Part shown: positions 49,083-57,593 of the stretch, one piece after another
Position numbering within the stretch: the stretch's first letter is position 1
Layout of the letters: the number at the start of each line of letters is the position of its first letter
Source: Bradymonadia bacterium
Lineage (GTDB): Bacteria > Myxococcota_A > Bradymonadia > UBA7976 > UBA1532
DNA: 64,000 nt
Direction: 5' to 3'
Assembly (NCBI GenBank): GCA_046290225.1
Contig: JBKAGE010000034.1
Span: 32,001-96,000 of the forward strand
Position numbers and translations under genes: made by a program
The notes under the pieces: model-generated
What the model was told of the DNA's origin: nothing
The model's input: the letters and a program-made list of their open reading frames with translations, nothing else
Databases searched by the model: none

Positions 49083-49937
49083 TCAGCGAGGCGCTCTACG
49101 TCGCCGCATCAAGCCCATGAGCGCGAGCACACCCACCACGCTGCCCGTGCCACCACTCTGACCACAGAGGCCCTGATTCACGGGCGCCTCGATGTCGGTG
49201 AAGTCACCTGCTGGCGCTTGATTAGCACAGGCATCTCCCCCTGCCGTCGATGCAGGGTAGATGGCGCAGATGCCATCGATGTCGTCTTGATGCAGATCGC
49301 GCTTGTGCGTCTCACCGGGCTCCTGCGTATCGTGCATCGTGGCCTCGGGCTCCGTGGAGTGGGCGAGCCCCAGAAAGTGGCCGAACTCGTGGGCAGCGGT
49401 GGACTGCAAATCCATGGCGCCTGATGAAGACTGGTCGCCGGTGAAGAAGGTGTAGTTCACCCCGTTGAACTCGATGTCCACATCGACCAGGGCACCGTGA
49501 AACGGGCACGCCGAGCTGGTGCCCTCGGGATCCAAGCAATAGGTCGTCGTGGCGAGGGCGATGGCCGAGGTGGAGTGGATCCAGCTGCCAGGCTCTTCTC
49601 TGAAGACTGCGACGTTGGCATTGGCGCCCGAGGCGTTGAAGCCAGTCTCGCTCCGCGCGGTCAGACCATCGTAGAGAAAGGCCAGATCACTACAGCTGAC
49701 CTGATTCCAGGCTTCAGTGGCCAGGATCAGAGTCTCTTGCAGCGTGGTCATGTCGACGTCGTCGCTGCCCAGCTCGTTGAGGCGCCACGTCAGGCATCGC
49801 TGAGGCCACTCGATGGGGGTCCCATCTTCATGGGTGGTGGTTTGAGTGTAGGCGCTGGCGTCGAACGATGCAGAGAGGGTGATCACCGCACCGCTCATCA
49901 ACCCCCGCCAGGCGGGCGACCTTACGCTCATGCACAC
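49083..49937 (-). CDS. Matrixin (M10) metalloprotease with MYXO-CTERM-like tail
   Basis: HEFGHFLGLAH, Met-turn ATMH, tail GLC...VVGVLALMGLMRRRR. Confidence 0.85.
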   Translation of the reverse strand: MCMSVRSPAWRGLMSGAVITLSASFDASAYTQTTTHEDGTPIEWPQRCLTWRLNELGSDDVDMTTLQETLILATEAWNQVSCSDLAFLYDGLTARSETGFNASGANANVAVFREEPGSWIHSTSAIALATTTYCLDPEGTSSACPFHGALVDVDIEFNGVNYTFFTGDQSSSGAMDLQSTAAHEFGHFLGLAHSTEPEATMHDTQEPGETHKRDLHQDDIDGICAIYPASTAGGDACANQAPAGDFTDIEAPVNQGLCGQSGGTGSVVGVLALMGLMRRRRAPR

Positions 49938-49947
49938 TCCCCTCTCA

Positions 49948-50808
49948 TCAGCGACGTCTGCGCCGACACAGGCCCAATACGGAGATCAGGGCGAGCAGCG
50001 CGCTGCCCGTGCCCCCGCTCTGTTCACAGGAGCCCGAGGCTTGCTCTGGTGGATTGTCCGGCTCATCTCCGGGCTCTTTCCCAAAGCAGGCGTCGCCATT
50101 GCTGCCCACGGGTGTGGGGTACACCGCACACAGGCCGTCGATGTCGTCCTGATGCAGGTCTCGCTTGAGGCGCTCTCTCGCCTCGGCGGTGGCGAACATG
50201 GTGGCGTCGGACTCCGGCGTGTGGTCGAGGCCGATCACGTGGCCGATCTCGTGGGCTGCGGTGTTCCACACGTCGAAGGTGGGCCGCACGAGCCGCTCGG
50301 TGACCGTGAAGGGAAACTGTTCGCCGTTGAACTCGATGTCGGCGTCGAGGATCGCCCCCTTGAACTGGCAGGCGCCTCGAGTCTCCAGGCAGAACGTCAC
50401 CGTGGCCAGGGCGATGACTGCGCCTTCGTGCGGCCAGCTGCCAGGGGCGTCGTGGAAGACGATGATGTTGCTGTTCCCACCGCTGTTGGAATAGCCCACG
50501 CTCTCACTCGACGTGGTGCCCTCGTACAAGAACGCCACGTCGCTGCAATCCTCGTCCTGCCAGACCGCGAAGGCGTTCTGCAGTGAAGTGAGCAGGTCAT
50601 CGAAGGGGATCGCAGCGCTGCCGCGCTCGTTCAGTCGCCAGCGCACGCACCGATCGGGCCACTCGATGGGTGTGCCATCGCCCTCGATCCGCGTGCGCTC
50701 GAAGGCCTCGGCCTCTCCTCCGAGGCCCAGCACGGACGCCCCCGCGGCCATCCATACGCCAGCGCTCAGCACGCAGAGGGGTTTCGCTCGACCGTTGATG
50801 ATGCTCAC
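49948..50808 (-). CDS. Matrixin (M10) metalloprotease with MYXO-CTERM-like tail
   Basis: HEIGHVIGLDH, ATMF, tail GSC...ALLALISVLGLCRRRRR; GTG at 50808 overlaps the upstream stop. Confidence 0.85.
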   Translation of the reverse strand: MSIINGRAKPLCVLSAGVWMAAGASVLGLGGEAEAFERTRIEGDGTPIEWPDRCVRWRLNERGSAAIPFDDLLTSLQNAFAVWQDEDCSDVAFLYEGTTSSESVGYSNSGGNSNIIVFHDAPGSWPHEGAVIALATVTFCLETRGACQFKGAILDADIEFNGEQFPFTVTERLVRPTFDVWNTAAHEIGHVIGLDHTPESDATMFATAEARERLKRDLHQDDIDGLCAVYPTPVGSNGDACFGKEPGDEPDNPPEQASGSCEQSGGTGSALLALISVLGLCRRRRR

Positions 50809-51881
50809 ACCAGTTCTCCATTCTTCGCCCGGCAGCGCCGCAGGCGCCGATGGGGCCCCAGCAGATACAATCCGGTCATCCAGGCCCCCCACACGGCGAG
50901 GCTCGAAGTCTCACTTCGCGCCCGCGAGCGGGCAGCGCTGCAGCTTCCGCCGCCATCTTCCGCAGGCGGCGCCACTTCGGCGTCGCCCTGCTCTGCGCCC
51001 ATGTCGAACGCCAACCCGGCATCCAACTCAGGCTCGAAGGCCTCCAGCGTGCTGGAGGCGCCTTGGCCTTCTTCGCTCCACACCACGACGAAATCACCCG
51101 TCGCAGCGTTGAAGGTGCCGCCCTCGCGAGAGGCATCACTCAGCACACCAGAGCGCCCCACGTAGATCACATCTGCGTGTTCACTCTCGTCGCCGATCGT
51201 CCATCGCTCCATCTCGATTTGAGCGGACACCACGACGGGGACCAGCCGCTGACCCTCGATGTTGAGGACCTCGGAGATGCCTGTCTCGTCATCCGCATTG
51301 GGCTCGCGGGCTGCAGCCCCTGGAGTCACTGTGGGAAACATGGCCGCGGTGCGTTGGGGATCAGTGGCCTCGAGGCTGTCGCACCGCGGCGCGTCACCAT
51401 CTCCGCAGCTGTGGCCCAGCCCCAGAGCGTGGCCCACCTCGTGCACGAGGACCGGGTACAGCCCGAAGGCCCCTGGTGTCTCCTCGGCACCAAAGAGAAA
51501 CCGCCCGCTGTTGAGCAACACCTCGGCGCGGGTCAGCGCACCGTCTTCTACGGTGATGAGGGTAAAGGCCACCAGATCAGGATCGCCCACGAGGTCGGCC
51601 CAGGCGGCTTGCTCGTCCACCACGGCGAGGGTGATCTCTTCAGGCGCCCCGTGCACGGGCGTGAGGGCCACAGGAGGCCTGCTGGACCACACAGCGAGGG
51701 CACGATGCCAGTCGATGGGCCCGGTGCTCACAGTCAGCGGGCTGCTCCGTGGCGCCCACTGCGCCGGCGCCCCTGCTTCATCAACGATGGGTTGCCACGC
51801 CATGGCTCGACCCGGGCCCGCCAGCAGCGCAGCGACAGCGGCGACACCGGCGGTCGCTCGGGTCATGGACCAGAGCCTCAC
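50805..51881 (-). CDS. Divergent matrixin (M10) metalloprotease with degenerate MYXO-CTERM-like tail
   Basis: Signal peptide, HEVGHALGLGH, AAMFP, tail GGGSCSAA...YLLGPHRRLRR. Confidence 0.8.
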   Translation of the reverse strand: MRLWSMTRATAGVAAVAALLAGPGRAMAWQPIVDEAGAPAQWAPRSSPLTVSTGPIDWHRALAVWSSRPPVALTPVHGAPEEITLAVVDEQAAWADLVGDPDLVAFTLITVEDGALTRAEVLLNSGRFLFGAEETPGAFGLYPVLVHEVGHALGLGHSCGDGDAPRCDSLEATDPQRTAAMFPTVTPGAAAREPNADDETGISEVLNIEGQRLVPVVVSAQIEMERWTIGDESEHADVIYVGRSGVLSDASREGGTFNAATGDFVVVWSEEGQGASSTLEAFEPELDAGLAFDMGAEQGDAEVAPPAEDGGGSCSAARSRARSETSSLAVWGAWMTGLYLLGPHRRLRRCRAKNGELV

Positions 51882-52504
51882 GGGGTCGACACCTCGGGTT
51901 GTTGCACACGCTGAGCATCGACGATCTGCACCAGCTCTTTGACGAAGCTCTGGAGAGACTGCCGTTGAGCGAGCACAGGAGGCACCTCCTGCAGCGCGCC
52001 TCCTGCTTGCCGCTGCACGGTGGTCAGGCCGGTGAGATCCCGCACCACCATGGGGCCATCGAGGGTGGGCTCTACCCGCAGCTTGCCCTGGCTGAGGCCC
52101 ACGACAGTGTGCACCTGTGGCTCGACCTTGCCTGCGGCGAGGAACATGACCACCTGCTCTGCCTCGACGAGCTGGCTCACCCCGGCCACCTTCTGACCGA
52201 TGCCGTCGATGACCCCACCGGGGATCTCCACCACCACCTCATTGACCTCTACCCCCTTGATCACCGCGTCGCAGGCGATGGTGTGCCGCGTGATGATCCG
52301 GCCGCCCACCCATCGCGGCTCCGAGCGCATCACCTTGCCGGTGACGATGAGATCAGCATCGGCCACCAGGCCCTGCAGATCGTACCTCAGGACCACGGCC
52401 CCATGGGCCGTATGGCCCCCGGCGACGAGGACTGTGCTGCCGAGGCCTGCGCAGAGCAACAGGCGCAGAGTGGAGCGGAGAAAGCGGGTGGGCGCGTAAG
52501 GCAT
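51878..52504 (-). CDS. Exported accessory protein heading the matrixin operon
   Basis: Signal peptide; LQGLVADADLIVTGKV...IKG...IPGG...VMFL...VGLSQGK; no HExxH. Confidence 0.7.
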   Translation of the reverse strand: MPYAPTRFLRSTLRLLLCAGLGSTVLVAGGHTAHGAVVLRYDLQGLVADADLIVTGKVMRSEPRWVGGRIITRHTIACDAVIKGVEVNEVVVEIPGGVIDGIGQKVAGVSQLVEAEQVVMFLAAGKVEPQVHTVVGLSQGKLRVEPTLDGPMVVRDLTGLTTVQRQAGGALQEVPPVLAQRQSLQSFVKELVQIVDAQRVQQPEVSTP

Positions 52505-52748
52505 GGGGAGCAGATCTCTCTGTGAGCAGGGTCTCTCTGTGAGCCGGGCCGAATCATGCTAGCGGGGATGGGATCGACGTCGCAACGCGCCACCGACCGC
52601 CCCGAGCTCATTTATGTTCGGTCACTGACGCTTCTCACCAAAAAACTTCGAGAGAAAAAAAGTCTCTTCAAAAAAAAGCGACCCCTCGTGGTGTGCAGAG
52701 CCTGGGTGGACCGCCCGGAGGCACCGGGCACAACACGGAGGAAGTCAC

Positions 52749-54326
52749 ATGAAGCGCCATCTGCCCTGGCTGCTCTGCTCGCTCGCAGCATGCAACTCGA
52801 CACCGGAGACCCCCAGCACAGAGGGACCCGCCACTGGAGCCACGGGCATCGCCCTGAGGTCCGACATTCTCGCCGACACCGACGTCGCCGGTATGCAGTA
52901 CACCCTCACCCCCGTCGACTGCGACACTGGGGCGCCCAACGATCCCGACGGGGTGATCTCGGTCACTCGGGATCTCGAGGACATCCTGCTCCCCGGCGGG
53001 CACCCCGGGTTCCAGGACGGGCCCTTCGATGCCGCCTCGGGGCACCTGTTCACCGACGCTTTCCAGGCTGTGCCTGCGGGCTGCTACGACGTGCTGGCCC
53101 AGCCCATCGACATCGACGGCGAGCTCTCGGAGGACTGCGCCGCCGCCAGCGAAGCCAACGTGCCGGTGCAGGATGGCGAGGTCACCGAAATCGTGCTGGT
53201 AAGCCAGTGCGTGGGTGACGGCAGCCTCGGTGCGGTGGACGCGGTGGTGGCCCTGAACCACCCGCCCCAGCTCGTGGACGCCTACTACGACCCGAGCAAG
53301 TTCACCTGCCAGAACACCACCACGCTGTGTGTGGTGGCAGAAGATCCCGACAACGATCCGATGGTGCTCACGCCAAGGGCGCCTGAGGGTGTGCTCATCA
53401 CCATGCAGGTCCCGGTCGTGAACGATCTCGGACAGCTGGTGCAGTGCATCGAGGTGGAGGTGCCCGGTCCTGGCCAGTATCCGATCACGCTCACGGTGCA
53501 GGACCAGATGGTGGGGCCCGAAGGGCAGCTGATCCCCATCGAGTCCATCCTCGACGAGGGCATCCTCTCGAGCGACCAGATCACCATGCCCGTGCACGCG
53601 ATGTCTCAGGACGCCTGTGTGTGTGACTGCCCCGAAGGGTTCACCCTGAACGCCGCCGGCGACGCCTGCGAGCAGTTCACTCAGGCCGACGCGGTGCTCA
53701 ACGGCGAGCCCCTCTCGGTCTGTGAGGGCGACGATCGCGACGAGTACGGCGCCCTGGGTGCTCAGTTCCCCGACGGCCTCGTGGTGCAGAACAGCTTCTT
53801 CGGCGACGGCTTCGACAATGGCGACGGCCGCCTGAACGCCATCGGCATCTGGGCCTGTGACGGCGCGCTCCGCCAGTGGATCGGCTTCAGCACCTGCATC
53901 AACGTCGAGGAAGAGGGCGAGTACGTGTTGGGCATCGCCGGTGACGATCAGACCCGCATCTTCGTCGACGGCCAGCTGGTCTTCGAGCAGGTGGGCAACC
54001 AGCAGTTCCGGACCTGGTGGATGACCCCGATTCAGCTCAGCCCCGGGCCCCATGTCATCGAGATGGAGGGCTACGACCAAGGCGTCTCCGCCACCCTCGG
54101 CGCCGAGATCTACGGGCCCTTCCCCGCAGGCTCCACGGTGGACGATCAGACCATGGCCGGCCTGGACTACCCCAACAACATCTTCTGGTCCACGGGCGAC
54201 GAGCTCGGTGGCGTCTTCGACCTGGGCGAGAACAACGGCTACAGCTGCCCCGATGGCACCAGCCTGAACCTCTGCGGCGACGCCCCCACCTGCACGGGCT
54301 ACGAGCAGGTGGCTTGCGGGGAGTAA
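52749..54326 (+). CDS. Lipoprotein with Ig-like segment and C-terminal PA14-like domain
   Basis: Lipobox LAAC; GEYVLGIAGDDQTRIFVDGQLV...LSPGPHVIEMEG PA14 pattern with DD motif; GGAGG RBS. Confidence 0.65.
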   Translation: MKRHLPWLLCSLAACNSTPETPSTEGPATGATGIALRSDILADTDVAGMQYTLTPVDCDTGAPNDPDGVISVTRDLEDILLPGGHPGFQDGPFDAASGHLFTDAFQAVPAGCYDVLAQPIDIDGELSEDCAAASEANVPVQDGEVTEIVLVSQCVGDGSLGAVDAVVALNHPPQLVDAYYDPSKFTCQNTTTLCVVAEDPDNDPMVLTPRAPEGVLITMQVPVVNDLGQLVQCIEVEVPGPGQYPITLTVQDQMVGPEGQLIPIESILDEGILSSDQITMPVHAMSQDACVCDCPEGFTLNAAGDACEQFTQADAVLNGEPLSVCEGDDRDEYGALGAQFPDGLVVQNSFFGDGFDNGDGRLNAIGIWACDGALRQWIGFSTCINVEEEGEYVLGIAGDDQTRIFVDGQLVFEQVGNQQFRTWWMTPIQLSPGPHVIEMEGYDQGVSATLGAEIYGPFPAGSTVDDQTMAGLDYPNNIFWSTGDELGGVFDLGENNGYSCPDGTSLNLCGDAPTCTGYEQVACGE

Positions 54327-54385
54327 CCCCCACACCTCAGGTGTGATACGTCTCTCTTCCAGTGTGCCTTCCATGGAGGAGAGAC

Positions 54386-55510
54386 GTGATCCCCAGACGC
54401 ATCGGCATCAGCACCGGGGGCGGTGACTGCCCCGGCCTCAACGCGGTCATCCGCGCCTTCGTCAAGACCGCCCGACGCCGCTACGGCATCGAGGTGGTGG
54501 GCATCGAAGATGGCCTGCTCGGCCTCATCGACCCCAGCCTGCAGAACATCACCCTCGACTTCGCCCATGTGCGGGGCATCCTGAGTCAGGGGGGCACGAT
54601 TCTGGGCACCACCAACCGCGGAAACCCCTTCAAATTCGCAGTGAAAGACGAAGCCACCGGCGAGATGGTGGAGCGCGACATCTCCGACGACATCGTCCTC
54701 GGCGCCCAGCGCCTGGGCCTCGATGGCGTGGTGATGGTGGGGGGTGACGGCACGCTGGAGATCGGCCGCCGGCTCATGGAGAAGGGCCTCAACGTCATCG
54801 GGGTGCCCAAGACCATCGACAACGACTTGTCGGCGACGGACGTGACCTTCGGCTTCGACACCGCCGTGGGCATCGCCATGGAGGGTCTCGACCGCCTGGC
54901 CACCACCGCGGCGAGCCACGATCGGGTGATGTTGTTGGAGGTGATGGGTCGCCACGCAGGCTGGATCGCGCTCCACGCGGGCCTCGCTGGAGGCGCCGAC
55001 TTCATCGCCATCCCCGAGATCCCCTACTCCGTGGACGCCTTCCTTGAAGCCATCAACAACCGGCAATCATCAGGCAGCCACTTCGCTCTCGGGGTGGTGG
55101 CGGAGGGGGCCATCCCCCTAGATGGAGAGACCAGCTACATCGAGGCGGCAAAGGCCGGCGGCGTGGCCCGCCTCGGGGGCGCAGCCCACCGACTGATGGA
55201 GGCCATGGTGGCTCGAGGCTGCGAGCTGGACGGCCGCGTGACGGTGTTGGGTCACCTGCAACGGGGCGGCTCGCCCTCGGCCTTCGATCGCATCCTGGGC
55301 ACGCGCTTTGGTGCGGCAGCTGCGGATCTGGTGGCCAAAGACGCCTGGGGTCAGATGGTCTGCCTGAAGGGGCAGTCGATCACCTCGGCCCCACTGGAGG
55401 CGGCGCTTCAGCCAAATCGCGTGGATCCTGAGGGTGAGCTGGTGCAGCAAGCGGAGAGCATTGGGGTGTGTATGGGTCGCCCGCTCACAGAGGCTGTGCT
55501 CAAGGGCTGA
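54386..55510 (+). CDS. pfkA: 6-phosphofructokinase (PfkA family, group III-like)
   Basis: TGGGDCPGLN, GGTILGT, GGDGT, PKTIDND, EVMGR, LGHLQRGG; GTG at 54386 after GGAGGAG. Confidence 0.93.
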   Translation: MIPRRIGISTGGGDCPGLNAVIRAFVKTARRRYGIEVVGIEDGLLGLIDPSLQNITLDFAHVRGILSQGGTILGTTNRGNPFKFAVKDEATGEMVERDISDDIVLGAQRLGLDGVVMVGGDGTLEIGRRLMEKGLNVIGVPKTIDNDLSATDVTFGFDTAVGIAMEGLDRLATTAASHDRVMLLEVMGRHAGWIALHAGLAGGADFIAIPEIPYSVDAFLEAINNRQSSGSHFALGVVAEGAIPLDGETSYIEAAKAGGVARLGGAAHRLMEAMVARGCELDGRVTVLGHLQRGGSPSAFDRILGTRFGAAAADLVAKDAWGQMVCLKGQSITSAPLEAALQPNRVDPEGELVQQAESIGVCMGRPLTEAVLKG

Positions 55511-55618
55511 GCCAACGAGGCCCTTGCCCTAGCAGAATGGGTACATCGGCACACAAAAAATGAACATCCGAGCAACACTCTCCCACCCCACTTCAATGAA
55601 ATAGCGGTATTTCTCATT

Positions 55619-55634
55619 TGGCATTCCTCCTGCT
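55619..55634 (+). promoter_or_regulatory. Putative sigma54 (-24/-12) promoter
   Basis: TGGCATTCCTCCTGCT gives GG-N10-GC, about 40 bp before the AGGAG-led ATG at 55674. Confidence 0.6.
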
Positions 55635-55673
55635 CTAGCGATGGCCAGGTCATCCGAGAGGCAGGAGTGCCAG

Positions 55674-57593
55674 ATGAAATACCTCGCAAAGATTCGCCCC
55701 GGAGAGCTGCTCTTGCTCTCCGTTCTGGTCTTGGCCGTGGTCCTGACGCTCTTCGGAGGGCCAGGAGCCGATCCAAGGCTGATGGCGTCACTCCAGCTCC
55801 ATGGCGGCCTCGCCCTGGGCTTCGGCGCGGTGCTCTTCGTCAGCGCCAAGGGACTGCTCGGCGGGCTGTCCAACGTGCGCCTCTTCGCCAGTGTTGGCCT
55901 CATCGCCGGGCTCTACACCAGCCTCGGAAAGTTGGGGTTCGCACTCTGGCCGTCCACCGCCGATGCCACCCTGGCCGCAGCTGACGTCGCCGTCTTCGGC
56001 GCCTCCCCTGCCCTGGTCGTCGCCGAACAGATCACCCCATGGGGCACTGAATTCTTCAGCGCCGTCTATCTGCTGCACATCGCCGCGCTCTACTTCACGT
56101 TGTTGCTGGAAGTGCTCCGCGGTGAGCGGCTGACCAGGGAGTCGTTCCTCTTTGGGCTGACCCTCACATATGTCATCGGATACGTGGTCTATCTGCTCGC
56201 CCCAGCCCATGGGCCCATCTGGTTCTACGCTGAGCAGCTGTCGCCGCTGCCCTCCGGCCCTGTATTCGAGGCCATGACCCACGCTGTGGAGGGGGCCGGT
56301 GGGGCCATCGGCGCCTTCCCGAGCTTGCATGTAGGAGCGGCCGTCTACCTGTGCCTCTTCAACCTGAAGCATCGCCGGATGCGGGGTCTCACCTACATCC
56401 CCTGGGTAGTCCTCATCGCCGTGAGCACCGTCTACCTGCGCCACCACTACTGGATAGACTGGATCGGAGGCCTCGCCGCGGCAGCCGTAGCGGCCTGGGC
56501 AACACCGAGGGTGATGCGTGTGTGGGGCTTCGAGGCGCCGGCGCCCAGGATCGAGCGTGCCCTCACGTCAGCGCCGAGCTTTTATCGAGGGTTTCGGGCA
56601 GCCAGCAGAGCGGCGCTGTCGGGCTTCTTCCACCAGCGTCGGATCACCGGGGCCCACAACGTGCCTGCACAGGGCCCGGTCCTCCTCGTGGCCAACCACA
56701 CGAATGGTCTGGTGGATCCTCTGGTCATCATGTCTGCCCTCGATCGCCACTTGACGATGACGGGCAAGCAGACGCTCACGGAGAAGCCGCTCCTCAGGTG
56801 GATGTTCAACCGCCTCGGCGTGGTCTGGCTCCGGCGACGACGCGACGCTGATCCGCGTGCCCTCCGGCGGGCCCACAATGACGCAGCTCTCGCAGGCCTT
56901 GGCACAGCGTTGGACGACGGCGGCGCTGTGCTCATCTTCCCTGAGGGTCGAAGTCACTCGCGCCCTACGCTCGATCGCTTCAAGACCGGGGCTGCACGCC
57001 TCGCCTTGACCCAGCTCGCCCGGGGGCAGCGATTGACAGTCATCCCTGTGGGTCTGCGGTTCGACGGCAAGGGCCATGTGGGCGGTGCCGTCGAGGTGGT
57101 CTTCGGCGATGCGCTCCCCCTCGATCCGAAGGAAAGCGCTCAGGCGCTCACGGATCGGATGTCCCACGCGGTGGACGCTCTCCTCGAGCCTCGGCCCGAG
57201 GTCGCCACAGGTCGGCGCCAGCGGGTGGCCAGCGCCCTCGAAGCCATGGAGACATTCGTGCTCGGTGGGCCGCTGGCGGCCTTTGGCCTGCTCGCCAACC
57301 TGGTGCCCTTCACGCTGCTGGCGGCGCTGGTGCGCAAGGGGGCCCAGGATCCGGATCACCCCGCCACCTTCGCGGTCTACGGGGCAATGTTCATCTGCCC
57401 AGCCATCTATCTGCTGCAGGGCGCAGCCCTTCTGACGCTTTTGGGTCCGTGGTGGGCCCTGGGCCTCTCAGCGCTCTTTACGCCCGCGGGCATCTACGCC
57501 TTGCGCTGGCTCACGTCTCTCTTCGGACCCTTTTCTCTGATTTCCAAGTCCTCTCTCACGGAGTCTGCACATGTTCGCCTCCCCTCTCGTTGA
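55674..57593 (+). CDS. Fusion of Aur1/IPC-synthase-like PAP2 phosphotransferase and PlsC-type acyltransferase
   Basis: N-half multi-TM with LAPAHGP, GAFPSLH, STVYLRHHYWID; C-half NHTNGLVD (HX4D), IFPEGRSH, FKTGAARLA, IPVGL. Confidence 0.82.
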   Translation: MKYLAKIRPGELLLLSVLVLAVVLTLFGGPGADPRLMASLQLHGGLALGFGAVLFVSAKGLLGGLSNVRLFASVGLIAGLYTSLGKLGFALWPSTADATLAAADVAVFGASPALVVAEQITPWGTEFFSAVYLLHIAALYFTLLLEVLRGERLTRESFLFGLTLTYVIGYVVYLLAPAHGPIWFYAEQLSPLPSGPVFEAMTHAVEGAGGAIGAFPSLHVGAAVYLCLFNLKHRRMRGLTYIPWVVLIAVSTVYLRHHYWIDWIGGLAAAAVAAWATPRVMRVWGFEAPAPRIERALTSAPSFYRGFRAASRAALSGFFHQRRITGAHNVPAQGPVLLVANHTNGLVDPLVIMSALDRHLTMTGKQTLTEKPLLRWMFNRLGVVWLRRRRDADPRALRRAHNDAALAGLGTALDDGGAVLIFPEGRSHSRPTLDRFKTGAARLALTQLARGQRLTVIPVGLRFDGKGHVGGAVEVVFGDALPLDPKESAQALTDRMSHAVDALLEPRPEVATGRRQRVASALEAMETFVLGGPLAAFGLLANLVPFTLLAALVRKGAQDPDHPATFAVYGAMFICPAIYLLQGAALLTLLGPWWALGLSALFTPAGIYALRWLTSLFGPFSLISKSSLTESAHVRLPSR

